Shown: piece after piece, positions 52,230 through 63,269 of the stretch | Layout: every line of letters starts with the position of its first letter | How positions within the stretch are numbered: the first letter of the stretch is position 1 | The notes under the pieces: model-generated | Database searches by the model: none | What the model saw: only the letters and a program-made list of their open reading frames with translations | What the model was told of the DNA's origin: nothing | Position numbers and translations under genes: made by a program | DNA from: Nostoc sp. DedSLP01 | GTDB taxonomy: Bacteria; Cyanobacteriota; Cyanobacteriia; Cyanobacteriales; Nostocaceae | Assembly (NCBI GenBank): GCA_034530875.2 | Contig: JAVRCJ020000038.1 | Span: 1-64,000 of the forward strand | DNA length: 64,000 nt | Reading direction: 5' to 3'

Positions 52230-55200
52230 TTATTCTGCATCTTCGTCAATTACTGCATTGCGGTCAAGAATTAGTAAGTTCCGAAGTTGGTCTGTATCTA
52301 GTTCAGTTAACCATTCTTCACCTGCGCCTACAACTTGTTCGGCTAGTTGTTTTTTACTTTCAATCATGTCGTGAATTTTCTCTTCTAAAGTGCCAGTACA
52401 AACAAATTTATGTACTTGCACGTTGCGGGTTTGACCAATGCGAAATACTCGGTCTGTAGCTTGATTTTCTACGGCTGGATTCCACCATCTATCAAAATGG
52501 AATACGTGATTTGCTCGTGTTAAATTCAAGCCTACACCACCGGCTTTGAGTGAAAGAATCATAATTGGCGGCCCTTGTAAATCGTGTTGGAAACGGTCGA
52601 TCATTTCCTCACGTTGTTTTTTACTGGTGCTGCCATATAAAAAGAATATTTCTCGTCCAAGCTGTTTTTCTAAATGAGGTTTAAGTAATTTACCCCACTC
52701 AGCAAATTGGGTAAAGATTAAAGCGCGTCCTGCCCCAGCAGCGCCGGAGGCATCGCCTTCTGCCAAAACTTCTTCTAACATCTCTTCTAGCCGCAGCAAT
52801 TTTGCTGAATGATGTTGTTCTAATGTGGCTTGTTTTAAATATTGTGCTGGGTGATTGCAGATTTGTTTGAGTTTGATTAGTAAAGCCAAAATCATCCCCC
52901 GACGTTGCAATCCTTCGGCAGATTCAATTTCTGCTAAAGATGCTTCTACAACTTTTTGATAAAGCGCAGCTTGGTCGGCAGTTAAGCCACAAAATACTGT
53001 CATTTCTTGCTTATCTGGCAAGTCTTGAATAATTTCGCGATCGCTTTTTAATCGCCGCAGTATAAATGGTTGAACTAACGAACGTAATTGACTCAAAGAA
53101 GCCGTATCCCCATACTTTTCAATTGGCATGGCAAATCGTCGCTGGAAGAATTGCTTGTTACCTAAATATCCAGGATTCAAGAAATCTAAAATAGACCACA
53201 ATTCTTGCAGCCTATTTTCTACTGGCGTTCCCGTCAAAGCAATCCGAAATGTTGCCGTTAATTGCCGCACTGCTTTTGATTGCTTTGCCTCATAATTTTT
53301 CACATTTTGCGCTTCATCTAAAACAATTATCTGCCAAGGTACGCTTTCTAAAGACTTAATATCCCGATGAATCAACGAGTAACTAGTGATAACTAAATCG
53401 TGCTTTTTAGCTGCTTCTATAAAGGTTTTGCCTTTAGGACGTTTATCACCGTGATATTGCAAAACTTTCAGACTTGGTGCAAATTTCTTGACTTCCCTTT
53501 CCCAGTTACCTAAAACCGAAGTCGGGCAAACTAACAGTGTTGGATTTTCTAGTGCATCTTGTTCTTTGAGGTGGAGAAGAAAAGCAATAAATTGGACAGT
53601 ATTATGGCAGATAATATTGTTAGCTACAAAATTGTGATGTTCGCTAACTTCAAAATCATAAACCCATCCCTCATAATCTATCTCTTCTATGGATTTAATC
53701 TGGCAATAAAATACTTCTTGCTCGAGAAGGTTTTGTAAAGACTGCCTAGTTAAACTTAACTGTTTTATGTCCAGTTGAGCGTAAGCTGCCAGGGTTTGAG
53801 TTGTCCATTTTGAAGGTTTTAATAGTTGATACTCCTGTTGAGCTTCTCCATTAATAATGCGGTTTATTCCAGTAATAACTCGCTGCAAACTATCTTGGGA
53901 AAATTGCTGCGATCCATTAACATAAACAGTATTGTGCATTCCAAAATGGCGCAACGGTAACTTTGTTGTTGTAACTGCTTGAGCAACAATATCTCCAGCA
54001 GGAATTCCCTCAATATTAGTATTGCTGACAGCTTGACAAATTTGTTCTAATTTGAACTGTTTTTCATAATTGCTAAAACCAATAGCTTGTAAAAATCTGC
54101 GTGCAGAATTTCCACCAATTACACCAATATAGTATGTGCGTAAAATCCGCGTTCCATTCGTAGCACACTTCTTTTTAGCCGAGATTCGTAACCAAATGCC
54201 AAAGCGCCGCAATAGTGCAGAAAGTTGCTGAATTAGTATAGGTGAAGCTGTAGCAATCTCAATACTCCGCATACTTAAAACAACGGCAGACTCAGCATCA
54301 AAATAGTTTTGTAAAAATGTCCGCACGCTATCTAAGTCTGCCTGCATAATGAAAGGCGGAATAAATTTTTCTGCGGATAGTTTACCCCAAACATAACCTT
54401 TAGTTTCTAAGAATCGGCGATAGGCTTGGCTGCTAACTCGAAGAAAAGGAACTTTATTAGGAAAACTAGAGATGTTAGGACTGTTAATTGTGAGGTTATA
54501 GCGTTTTCCTATGCGCTGAAAAGTTTGGAGTAGATTTTCTAACGGCAGAGTATCTTTTTGCGATATTGTCAATTGTCTGGCATCGGGTATTTCATGTCCT
54601 TCGGCAATCTGCCAAGCAAGAAACTTAACTAAGTCTGGGTCTTGTGGTTGTCCATTCCAAAGCGTTTTACCTGGTACACAGACGCGATCGCCTACTTGTA
54701 AATTATTTGTCCAACCTTTATTTGTCAGCAATTTGTGGCGATAAGTGATGGTGATACTGCTACCGTCTTCTAGAGTGACTTTTCGTAATTTCTCACAGAC
54801 TTGCTGCCTATATAATCGTCTGACATTAGCCTGGACAATTTTGCCAGTTTTCTCATTTATGGAATTAACTACTAACTGTTCAGTGGGTTTAGCCCAAAAT
54901 CCTTCACCGTCAAATTCTGTTTCTCCAGCATGAGTTGTCCAGATTGTCTCGGCTGTACGTAAGAGTCCATTGACATCAATTAATGTATCAGATGCTACAC
55001 ATTTACCTAATCCCATATCGTCCGCCAAACATGCACCCAAGCCCCAACGTTCTAAGAAAGACAGCCAAGCAGCACCGCGTTGTTGATAAGGTCGCAATTG
55101 TCCTTGAAAGTTGGCTGGTGTGGGTAAAGGTTCAATGGTCTGATTATTGGTTAGCGCCCCAATCAACTCTTGCAATGCGCCAGAGGCTTCAAAACTGACC

Positions 55201-56918
55201 ACTGGTAATTTTTCAATTACCTGGGTATCTCCTGTACTCAGACGCAAAGCATCTTCCAAAGACAGTGCCATTTGGTCTTTGCGGGAAGCGAAAAAGGTTT
55301 GGGCTGTCTTGATATCTTGGGGTCGCAATTCCACCCACTCGCCATTAATTTCTACCAACGGGCTATTTAAAGCCACAAGTTTATCAAACTCAGCTTTGGA
55401 AATAATCTGTCCGCCAATTGCCAATTGCCATTGGAAATTTAACAAACTTTGTAACCCCAAACGTCCCTGTTTTGTCTTGGAAGTTTCGGCAGTAATTTTC
55501 AAACCCAAACGGTTCGCCCATCCTTCGCGGTTTGCCAAACTCGGAGGTAAAATCACTCCCAAGCCGCTATCTTCAAACCTCCAAACCACAGACTTAATAA
55601 ACTCATAAGCTTGGATGGGATTGAGGTGAAAAGATTGCGGATATTCGGTTTCTAAACTGGGGGCGAGGACTGGATACAATCGGGAAGCTAGCCCCAAACC
55701 CCGCAAAAATGTTTCTTGCGGTTGGTCGATTGTGCGATTTTCATATACCAATCGTTCAATTGGATTGTTCCAAATAGTTGCTGCATCTACCAAAAATTCT
55801 GGGTTGTCGGCTGCTTGCAAAAAATACGCCAATGTCCAATCTGTTTGCCCAGATTCCGGAGAACGCAGTTCAAAACAGGTACGAAACAGCGTTTTGAGAC
55901 TCAGTTGGTATTGTAGCGGCATAGTCCAAGCTTTAAGTGCCGCTTCTAACCTTTCCACTTCAATTACGTCTGCATTGACTCTACCAGATGCATCATTTAA
56001 AGCTAGCAACCACTGGCGCACCGCAGTTGGTAAAGACGCAACTGCCTTGGCTTCCATCGGCGGTTGCGAACCTACCATTTCTCGCACTTGGGCATCTATC
56101 GTACTATTGAGAAATCCCAGTAACAATTCTTGAGGTTCCGTAGGGAAATCTACATAAAGTAGCGACTGGTGATTAGGGATTAGGGATTGGGAAAACTCTT
56201 CCCCAGTCCCCAGTCCCTCCTGATAGGTACGGCAAACTAAGGGCATCTTTGCGGAAAATTTTTCGAGGCGAGTTCCGTCTACAGCACTATCTAAAAGTAC
56301 TTGCCACTTCGCAAGTGTAGAACCATCGGATTGTCGTTTGATTGTTGGTAAAAATTTACGGCGAGAAATTAAATCGAGACTCCAGCGGGCAACTTGCGAC
56401 CAAAAGCGTAAATCTCCACCTAGAAAGGCATCTTCGCCTTTGGTAGCGTTTAGGGGAATAGCAGCTAGAAATTTGACTGCTTGGGTGGGATCGAGACAAA
56501 AACCCTCAACTCGCCAGGGTTGTAAATATTGCGGTGAGTCTGCTTCTAACCCGAAGCTAGCAGAATGGACGGGGTAAATTGCTGGTTTTTCTTTCTGAGT
56601 ACTTTCTGATATATAAGTTGGTAGGGCAATAATTTGAGAGTGGGTTGGCAAAGCAATCTCAGTATTACTAGCTGCTTTGCGGGTTCGCCCAGTAGTAGTT
56701 ACAGCGACTTGGGGTTGTTGGATAAAGCTGGCAATTGGTATATTCTGGGAACGCAACCACTCGCTTAATTCAACCGCTGTCATTGCCAATGGATGTAATG
56801 GTATGTCTTGAGATTCACTTGGCGTCAAATTTATTCGTGGCGATCGCCAAGTTTCTCCCCAAATAAATAAACAACTATTTTGATTTTTTACTAACCAATT
56901 ACCGTGTAAAATCGCCAT
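52230..56918 (-). CDS. SNF2-family DEAQ-box helicase containing an intein
   Basis: LRPYQ, LADDMGLGK/T, DEAQ, TGTPVEN, SLKAGGVGLNL, QATDRVFRIGQ. Confidence 0.95.
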   Translation of the reverse strand: MAILHGNWLVKNQNSCLFIWGETWRSPRINLTPSESQDIPLHPLAMTAVELSEWLRSQNIPIASFIQQPQVAVTTTGRTRKAASNTEIALPTHSQIIALPTYISESTQKEKPAIYPVHSASFGLEADSPQYLQPWRVEGFCLDPTQAVKFLAAIPLNATKGEDAFLGGDLRFWSQVARWSLDLISRRKFLPTIKRQSDGSTLAKWQVLLDSAVDGTRLEKFSAKMPLVCRTYQEGLGTGEEFSQSLIPNHQSLLYVDFPTEPQELLLGFLNSTIDAQVREMVGSQPPMEAKAVASLPTAVRQWLLALNDASGRVNADVIEVERLEAALKAWTMPLQYQLSLKTLFRTCFELRSPESGQTDWTLAYFLQAADNPEFLVDAATIWNNPIERLVYENRTIDQPQETFLRGLGLASRLYPVLAPSLETEYPQSFHLNPIQAYEFIKSVVWRFEDSGLGVILPPSLANREGWANRLGLKITAETSKTKQGRLGLQSLLNFQWQLAIGGQIISKAEFDKLVALNSPLVEINGEWVELRPQDIKTAQTFFASRKDQMALSLEDALRLSTGDTQVIEKLPVVSFEASGALQELIGALTNNQTIEPLPTPANFQGQLRPYQQRGAAWLSFLERWGLGACLADDMGLGKCVASDTLIDVNGLLRTAETIWTTHAGETEFDGEGFWAKPTEQLVVNSINEKTGKIVQANVRRLYRQQVCEKLRKVTLEDGSSITITYRHKLLTNKGWTNNLQVGDRVCVPGKTLWNGQPQDPDLVKFLAWQIAEGHEIPDARQLTISQKDTLPLENLLQTFQRIGKRYNLTINSPNISSFPNKVPFLRVSSQAYRRFLETKGYVWGKLSAEKFIPPFIMQADLDSVRTFLQNYFDAESAVVLSMRSIEIATASPILIQQLSALLRRFGIWLRISAKKKCATNGTRILRTYYIGVIGGNSARRFLQAIGFSNYEKQFKLEQICQAVSNTNIEGIPAGDIVAQAVTTTKLPLRHFGMHNTVYVNGSQQFSQDSLQRVITGINRIINGEAQQEYQLLKPSKWTTQTLAAYAQLDIKQLSLTRQSLQNLLEQEVFYCQIKSIEEIDYEGWVYDFEVSEHHNFVANNIICHNTVQFIAFLLHLKEQDALENPTLLVCPTSVLGNWEREVKKFAPSLKVLQYHGDKRPKGKTFIEAAKKHDLVITSYSLIHRDIKSLESVPWQIIVLDEAQNVKNYEAKQSKAVRQLTATFRIALTGTPVENRLQELWSILDFLNPGYLGNKQFFQRRFAMPIEKYGDTASLSQLRSLVQPFILRRLKSDREIIQDLPDKQEMTVFCGLTADQAALYQKVVEASLAEIESAEGLQRRGMILALLIKLKQICNHPAQYLKQATLEQHHSAKLLRLEEMLEEVLAEGDASGAAGAGRALIFTQFAEWGKLLKPHLEKQLGREIFFLYGSTSKKQREEMIDRFQHDLQGPPIMILSLKAGGVGLNLTRANHVFHFDRWWNPAVENQATDRVFRIGQTRNVQVHKFVCTGTLEEKIHDMIESKKQLAEQVVGAGEEWLTELDTDQLRNLLILDRNAVIDEDAE
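53601..55001 (-). mobile_element. Intein (467 aa) with LAGLIDADG homing-endonuclease region
   Basis: Starts CVASDT after GLGK; block B TYRHKLL; FLAWQIAEG and FLQNYFDAES motifs; ends VYDFEV...HNFVANNIICHN followed by Thr. Confidence 0.95.
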
Positions 56919-57066
56919 TTCTAATTACTCAAATTCTCGTACAATTAAATAATTTCAAGTGCTAAGATTTAAATTTCTAGATTTTTGCCAAAATAATTAT
57001 TAAGCAAAAAGATATTTATATTACAATTACATACTAATAATTCCTTAATTAATTTAGATATTAATA

Positions 57067-57612
57067 ATGGATTTCCCAATTGTCCAAATTTTAAAAAATG
57101 GCATAAAAGTAGAACTAGATTACATCCAGCCTCAAGACGAAGAGGCTGTAAGAGCATTGTTAAATACTGTCATTATTGAAGGTCAAACTTATCCTCAAAA
57201 GCAACCTCTATCTCAAGCAGAATTTTCAGCTTACTGGTTAAGTAAAGATGCCTTTGTTGTTAGGGCATCAAGTGTGGATGTTACAAATAAACCACAAGAA
57301 ATATTAGGATCGTTTTATTTAAGGCCAAACTTTCTTGGTCGGTGTAGCCATATTTGCAACGCTGGTTTTATTGTACAATCCAAACTGCGCGGTCAGGGTA
57401 TAGGACGGTTCATGGGCGAGTCCATGCTCTCGATCGCAGCAAATCTTGGCTACGAGGCAGTAATGTTCAATTTGGTATTTGGAACTAATATAGCTTCAAT
57501 TACACTTTGGCAGTCGTTGGGATTTGAGATTATTGGGCGGATTCCCCGTGCCGTGAAGCTAGAAAATGAGCAAGTGGTAGACGCACTGATGTTGTATCGC
57601 AGTTTGCATTGA
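57067..57612 (+). CDS. GNAT family N-acetyltransferase
   Basis: CSHICNAGF, RGQGIG, FNLVF..N..S..LWQSLGF. Confidence 0.9.
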   Translation: MDFPIVQILKNGIKVELDYIQPQDEEAVRALLNTVIIEGQTYPQKQPLSQAEFSAYWLSKDAFVVRASSVDVTNKPQEILGSFYLRPNFLGRCSHICNAGFIVQSKLRGQGIGRFMGESMLSIAANLGYEAVMFNLVFGTNIASITLWQSLGFEIIGRIPRAVKLENEQVVDALMLYRSLH

Positions 57613-57805
57613 ACGACTCGTGGATCTGGCTTTACACAATCTAAGGATGATTTGCTAACTTCTAAATTCTCCCCCTACCTCCCCTAGTTACCCCAATGCT
57701 TTTGTAACGCCATTTATCTTTGTATGTACCACAAGTCAGCCATAGGGCATAAATGTTAGGATTGCCACAGAAAGAGAATAGCGAAAGAGAAGGAAAAAAA
57801 ACTGA

Positions 57806-59962
57806 ATGGCTGAAGTTGATAAGTCAATATCCTTCGATGGACGGGATATTCGACTGAAAGTAGGCCTGCTAGCTCCCCAGGCTGGTGGGTCGGTTTTGAT
57901 AGAATCAGGGGATACAGCTGTTTTGGTGACGGCTACGCGATCGCAAGCTAGAGAAGGCGTTGATTTTCTTCCCCTTACAGTAGATTACGAAGAAAGGCTA
58001 TATGCCGCAGGTAGAATTCCCGGAGGAATTATGCGGCGTGAAGGTCGTCCACCAGAAAAAACAATTCTTACCAGTCGTCTGATAGATCGTCCTCTGCGTC
58101 CTTTATTTCCTTCCTGGTTACGCGATGACCTGCAAATTGTGGCGTTAACCTTGTCGATGGACGAGTTAGTGCCACCCGATGTATTAGCAGTTACAGGTGC
58201 TTCAATTGCTACTTTAATTGCTCAGATTCCTTTTAACGGGCCAATGGCAGCCGTGCGAGTAGGTTTAGTGGGAGATGATTTCATCATTAATCCTACTTAT
58301 GCCGAAATTGAAGCCGGAGACTTGGATCTAATCGTCGCAGGTTCGCCCCACGGTGTGATTATGGTCGAGGCGGGAGCCAATCAACTGCCAGAACGAGATA
58401 TTATCGAGGCAATTGACTTTGGTTACGAAGCGGTGCGGGACTTAATTAAAGCCCAGGAAGATTTAGTTCAAGAACTAGGTTTGCAAATAGTCCAAGAAGC
58501 ACCACCAGAAGTAGACGCAACGCTGGAAAATTATATCCGCGATCGCGCTAATGACGAAATTAAGAAAATTTTGGCGCAATTTGATTTGGGTAAACCGGAA
58601 CGCGATGCCGCTTTAGATGTCGTCAAAGAAAACATTGAAACTGCGATCGCCGAACTACCAGAAGAAGACCCAATTCGAGTTGCGGCAAGTGCAAACAGTA
58701 AGGCACTTGGTAATACGTTTAAGGACATTACCAAATACTTCATGCGCCGCCAAATCATCGAGGATAACGTCCGCGTTGATGGTCGCAAACTCGATGAAGT
58801 TCGTCCGGTCTCTTGCCAAGTTGACCTGTTACCAAAGCGAGTCCACGGTAGCGGTTTATTTAATCGGGGGTTAACTCAGGTATTAACCGCTTGTACTCTT
58901 GGTACGCCAGGAGACGCCCAAAACCTCAACGACGATTTGCAAACAGACCAATCCAAACGCTATATCCACCATTACAACTTCCCACCGTTCTCAGTCGGGG
59001 AAACCAAGCCCCTACGTGCGCCAGGAAGAAGGGAAATCGGCCACGGTGCTTTAGCAGAGCGATCGCTGTTGCCTGTGCTACCACCTAAAGAACAATTCCC
59101 TTACGTAATTCGCGTCGTATCGGAAGTGCTTTCTTCCAACGGTTCCACATCAATGGGTTCCGTGTGCGGTTCTACCCTCGCCCTGATGGATGCCGGCGTC
59201 CCAATTATCAAACCCGTCAGTGGCGCGGCAATGGGTCTGATTAAAGAAGGAGACGAAGTGCGAGTCCTGACCGACATTCAGGGCATCGAAGACTTTTTGG
59301 GCGACATGGACTTTAAAGTTGCGGGGACGGATAGCGGCATTACCGCCTTGCAAATGGATATGAAAATCCCGGGTCTGTCTTTAGACATTATTGCCCAAGC
59401 CGTCCACCAAGCTAAATCAGCTAGGTTGCACATTCTCGAAAAAATGCTCGCTTGCATTAGTCAACCGCGCACCGAAACTTCACCCTTTGCCCCACGTCTG
59501 TTAACCATCAAGATTGATTCAGACATGATTGGTCTGGTAATTGGCCCTGGAGGTAAGACTATCAAGGGAATTACGGAAGAGACTGGTGCAAAAATTGACA
59601 TCGAAGATGATGGTACAGTGACAATTTCTGCCGTGGATGAGAGTAAGGCTAAGAGAGCGCGCAGTATCATTCAGGGTATGACACGCAAGCTGCATGAAGG
59701 GGATGTCTACGTAGGACGCGTAACCCGAATTATACCAATAGGTGCATTTGTCGAATTTCTACCTGGAAAAGAAGGTATGATTCACATTTCTCAGCTAGCT
59801 GACTACCGCGTTGGCAAAGTTGAGGATGAAGTCGCAGTAGGCGATGAAGTGATTATCAAAGTGCGCGAAATTGATAACAAAGGTCGAATTAATCTCACAC
59901 GCTTAGGTATTCACCCAGATCAAGCAGCAGCAGCAAGAGAAGCTGCGGCGGGAAATCGTTAA
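57806..59962 (+). CDS. pnp: Polyribonucleotide nucleotidyltransferase
   Basis: [35 protein letters not shown] and S1 domains. Confidence 0.98.
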   Translation: MAEVDKSISFDGRDIRLKVGLLAPQAGGSVLIESGDTAVLVTATRSQAREGVDFLPLTVDYEERLYAAGRIPGGIMRREGRPPEKTILTSRLIDRPLRPLFPSWLRDDLQIVALTLSMDELVPPDVLAVTGASIATLIAQIPFNGPMAAVRVGLVGDDFIINPTYAEIEAGDLDLIVAGSPHGVIMVEAGANQLPERDIIEAIDFGYEAVRDLIKAQEDLVQELGLQIVQEAPPEVDATLENYIRDRANDEIKKILAQFDLGKPERDAALDVVKENIETAIAELPEEDPIRVAASANSKALGNTFKDITKYFMRRQIIEDNVRVDGRKLDEVRPVSCQVDLLPKRVHGSGLFNRGLTQVLTACTLGTPGDAQNLNDDLQTDQSKRYIHHYNFPPFSVGETKPLRAPGRREIGHGALAERSLLPVLPPKEQFPYVIRVVSEVLSSNGSTSMGSVCGSTLALMDAGVPIIKPVSGAAMGLIKEGDEVRVLTDIQGIEDFLGDMDFKVAGTDSGITALQMDMKIPGLSLDIIAQAVHQAKSARLHILEKMLACISQPRTETSPFAPRLLTIKIDSDMIGLVIGPGGKTIKGITEETGAKIDIEDDGTVTISAVDESKAKRARSIIQGMTRKLHEGDVYVGRVTRIIPIGAFVEFLPGKEGMIHISQLADYRVGKVEDEVAVGDEVIIKVREIDNKGRINLTRLGIHPDQAAAAREAAAGNR

Positions 59963-60444
59963 AACCGATTTGGGATTTTAGATTAGACAAAATCTAAAAT
60001 CCGCGATGCCTATTGTGAAGGCATCGCCGTATGCTTCTCTAAATTACAGCAGCTTTCAGGTATTTAAATCATTAGTAGATAAAAGTAGTTTCGGGTTGGC
60101 GATCGCTAACCAATATATAATTTTTTTTAAATTTACCTGTAAATAAATCGGTATACATAAAACTAATTATTTTTTATTAGTAAGATTTTAACAATTAGTT
60201 AATCTTAGCCATAAATAATAAAGCCATCATTCCATATAATTCTTTAATTTAATTGATAGCTCTTTGTAGATGAATCAGAGGTTATTTATAAAATAAAAAT
60301 TAAATTTTTGTAGCACGTTACTTTCTAAATTGCTTCTAGACAGGTTTAAGTACGCCAAAAAATTTAAAATTCGCTAGTCTACCCTTCTGCTGACACAGAC
60401 GCAATATGTAGTTTGTTTGCACGAGGGTAAAGGTTACCAAAGGT

Positions 60445-60593
60445 TATATCAATTCTCTATGAAGGTGTGCTTTACTAGACCCCCTTAATCCCCCCTTATA
60501 AAGGGGGGAAACCGGAAAATTCTGTTCCCTCCCCTTATAAAGGGGAGGGTTAGGGAGGGGTATACATTACAGCTTCAAAAAGAAATAGTATTA
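60445..60593. mobile_element. MITE-like repeat with a multi-hairpin poly-C/poly-G core
   Basis: Imperfect ends TATATCAATTCTCTATGAAG / CTTCAAAAAGAAATAGTATTA around CCCCCCTT-ATA-AAGGGGGG and CCCTCCCCTT-ATA-AAGGGGAGGG. Confidence 0.6.
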
Positions 60594-60845
60594 CAATCGG
60601 GGATGTTTTTGCAGCTTGCTTCCTGTGAGGTATTCTCTATTGATGATGGCTCCTGAATTCTTCAATTATATAGTTTTATTTATTCCTACAGACTTAATTT
60701 ATAACTAAATCAATCTATACTACACTAACTAGATTGACTTTTGATAGATAATATAATTATGAATTTATTTCAAAAGAAGACTTGCTATTAAATTCTAAAT
60801 CTGTAATATTTAAGGGTTAAATACAGAAATTAAGATATTGGCATA

Positions 60846-61820
60846 ATGATAACAACATCTCTAAAAACTCTGAACGAGCAATATCAAGCTCTGAACAATG
60901 AGGGGCAAGATGTTATTCAAGGATTAACTACAAAGCCAAAAAGTTTACCCCCGAAATATTTTTACGACGATCGCGGCTCAGAATTATTTGAAGAAATATC
61001 TCAGTTACCTGAATATTACCCAACACGAACAGAAGCATGGATTTTAGAACAATATGCTGATGAAATCGCTCAGATAACAGGTGTTTGCGAACTTGTAGAA
61101 TTAGGCAGTGGCAGTTCTACAAAAACTCTATTTTTGTTAGACGCTTACCAAAAACTTGCTAATTACTGTAGATATGTACCGATTGATGTTAGCCGCGGTA
61201 TCCTTGAATCTAGCGTCATCAAGCTGCAACAAAAATATCCAAATTTCTTTATCGAAGGATTAATAGGAACTTACGAACAAGCTTTAGCAAAACTAGAATC
61301 AACTTTTGCCCCATCACGCATGATTTTTTTCTTGGGCAGTTCTTTGGGTAATTTTAACCCGCAAGAATGCGATATTTTTTTAAAGCAAATCGCAAAAACT
61401 TTACAAGTAGGACATTACTTTCTATTAGGGATTGATTTACAAAAACCAAAGGAAATTTTGGAGCCGGCTTATAACGATAGCCAAGGAGTAACGGCTGCTT
61501 TTAACTTGAATATGCTATCTCATTTAAATAAGCGTTTTCAAGGCAATTTTGACCTAAATTTATTCGCTCATCAAGCCATTTATAATCAAACTGATGCTCA
61601 AATTGAAATGTATCTGCATTGCCAAAAAAGCCATCAGATATCTCTCAAATCTCTAAATTTAGAAGTTGCTTTTACAGATGGAGAAAGCATTCTCACAGAA
61701 ATCTCGCGCAAGTTTGATTTAGCACTTATGGAAAAACAACTAAAAAGCCACGGACTCAAAACATTGAAGACCTGGACAGACCCGAAAAATTGGTTCGGGT
61801 TAATTCTTTGTCAAGCTTGA
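60846..61820 (+). CDS. egtD: L-histidine N-alpha-methyltransferase
   Basis: KYFYDDRGSELFE, EYYPTRTE, ELGSGS, AYNDSQGVTAAFN, TEISRKF. Confidence 0.92.
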   Translation: MITTSLKTLNEQYQALNNEGQDVIQGLTTKPKSLPPKYFYDDRGSELFEEISQLPEYYPTRTEAWILEQYADEIAQITGVCELVELGSGSSTKTLFLLDAYQKLANYCRYVPIDVSRGILESSVIKLQQKYPNFFIEGLIGTYEQALAKLESTFAPSRMIFFLGSSLGNFNPQECDIFLKQIAKTLQVGHYFLLGIDLQKPKEILEPAYNDSQGVTAAFNLNMLSHLNKRFQGNFDLNLFAHQAIYNQTDAQIEMYLHCQKSHQISLKSLNLEVAFTDGESILTEISRKFDLALMEKQLKSHGLKTLKTWTDPKNWFGLILCQA

Positions 61821-61867
61821 GTAAAAATGCAGAATTAAAAATTAAAAATCAAAAATTTTTTGACATT

Positions 61868-63205
61868 ATGAGTAGTTTACAATCTACTAAACCTCTAAAC
61901 CTTCATAGCTGTAATTCTCAAGCTATTCTCGATTATTTTGAGAACGCTTGGCAACTAGAAGATACTCTGATGGAAAGTCCGATTGGAGAAGATACATTTT
62001 ATATCAATCCTGATCCTCTGAGAAATCCTCTAATTTTTTATCTGGGACATTCGGCTGTTTTCTACATCAATAAATTAATTCGCGTTGGGTTATTAGAAAA
62101 ACGTCTGAATCCTGATTATGAAATTTTATTTGAAATTGGAGTCGATCCTGAAAATCCACAAGAATTGAATGAAGCGATCGCTCATTTGAATTGGCCTTCA
62201 GTTTCTCAAACTTGGGAGTATCGCAAACAAGCATATTCTACAATTTCCGAAGTTATTAAAACTACCCCAATTACTTTGCCAATTCGTCCCGATAGTCCCC
62301 TTTGGGCATTAATCATGGGGCTTGAACACCAACGAATTCACATTGAAACTTCCTCAATGTTAATTCGCCAATTACCAATTGAGAGAGTCAAACGTCCCTC
62401 AAACTGGAAGTATGCTCCTTTTAATGGTTACACTCCTGAGAATGAAATGATAGAAATTCCTAAAGGAGTAGTAAAACTTGGCAAAGCCTTTGATGATGAG
62501 ACTTACGGATGGGATATTGATTATGGCGATCGTAGTGTTGAAGTTCCATCCTTTTTAGCGAGTAAGTATCTAATTACTAACGCCGAATTTCTCTATTTTG
62601 TTAAGGCTGGCGGCTACAAAAATCAAGAATATTGGGATAAAGAATCTTGGGATTGGAAAACTCAAAATAACATCAAACATCCCAAATTTTGGCTACCTGA
62701 AGGTGGCACTTACAAATATCGAGCCATGTTTGATGTAATGGAATTACCCCTAGATTGGCCAGTGGAAGTCAATCACTATGAAGCAATGGCATATTGTCGT
62801 TGGCAAGGTAAAGATACTCGCTTAATGAGTGAATCAGAATATCATTTAGCAACTTACGGTGATAATTTACCAGCAGATATAAACAATTACAATCTCAATT
62901 TCCAATTTGGTTCGCCAACCCCTGTTGGAATGTTACAAACAGCCAAAAGTGACTCTGGATTGTATGATTTACGAGGCAATGTTTGGGAATGGTTAAGCGA
63001 TAACTTAAATCCTCTTTCTGGATATAAACCTCATTATCTCTACCCAGATAATTCCGCTATCTTTTTTGACACCAAACATTATATGATGTTGGGAGGATGT
63101 TGGATAACCAACGGTACAGAAGCTTTAAAATATTATCGTAACTGGTTTCGTCCCAATTTTTATCAACACGCAGGTTTTAGGATTGTTCGAGATATCAAAG
63201 ATTAA
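61868..63205 (+). CDS. OvoA-like sulfoxide synthase lacking a C-terminal methyltransferase (ORF track starts at 61790)
   Basis: LRNPLIFYLGH, EHQRIHIETS iron ligands, FGE-like domain GNVWEW; ends FYQHAGFR. Confidence 0.88.
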   Translation: MSSLQSTKPLNLHSCNSQAILDYFENAWQLEDTLMESPIGEDTFYINPDPLRNPLIFYLGHSAVFYINKLIRVGLLEKRLNPDYEILFEIGVDPENPQELNEAIAHLNWPSVSQTWEYRKQAYSTISEVIKTTPITLPIRPDSPLWALIMGLEHQRIHIETSSMLIRQLPIERVKRPSNWKYAPFNGYTPENEMIEIPKGVVKLGKAFDDETYGWDIDYGDRSVEVPSFLASKYLITNAEFLYFVKAGGYKNQEYWDKESWDWKTQNNIKHPKFWLPEGGTYKYRAMFDVMELPLDWPVEVNHYEAMAYCRWQGKDTRLMSESEYHLATYGDNLPADINNYNLNFQFGSPTPVGMLQTAKSDSGLYDLRGNVWEWLSDNLNPLSGYKPHYLYPDNSAIFFDTKHYMMLGGCWITNGTEALKYYRNWFRPNFYQHAGFRIVRDIKD

Positions 63206-63269
63206 TAACTGAAGGATACAGTTTCGATTGCATAAATGCGAACTACCTGCAAACAGGAGATTATTAACT

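Noticed and set aside
61868..63205. Gene symbol ovoA or egtB
   Set aside because: OvoA-like sequence without the methyltransferase domain; activity cannot be fixed from sequence alone.
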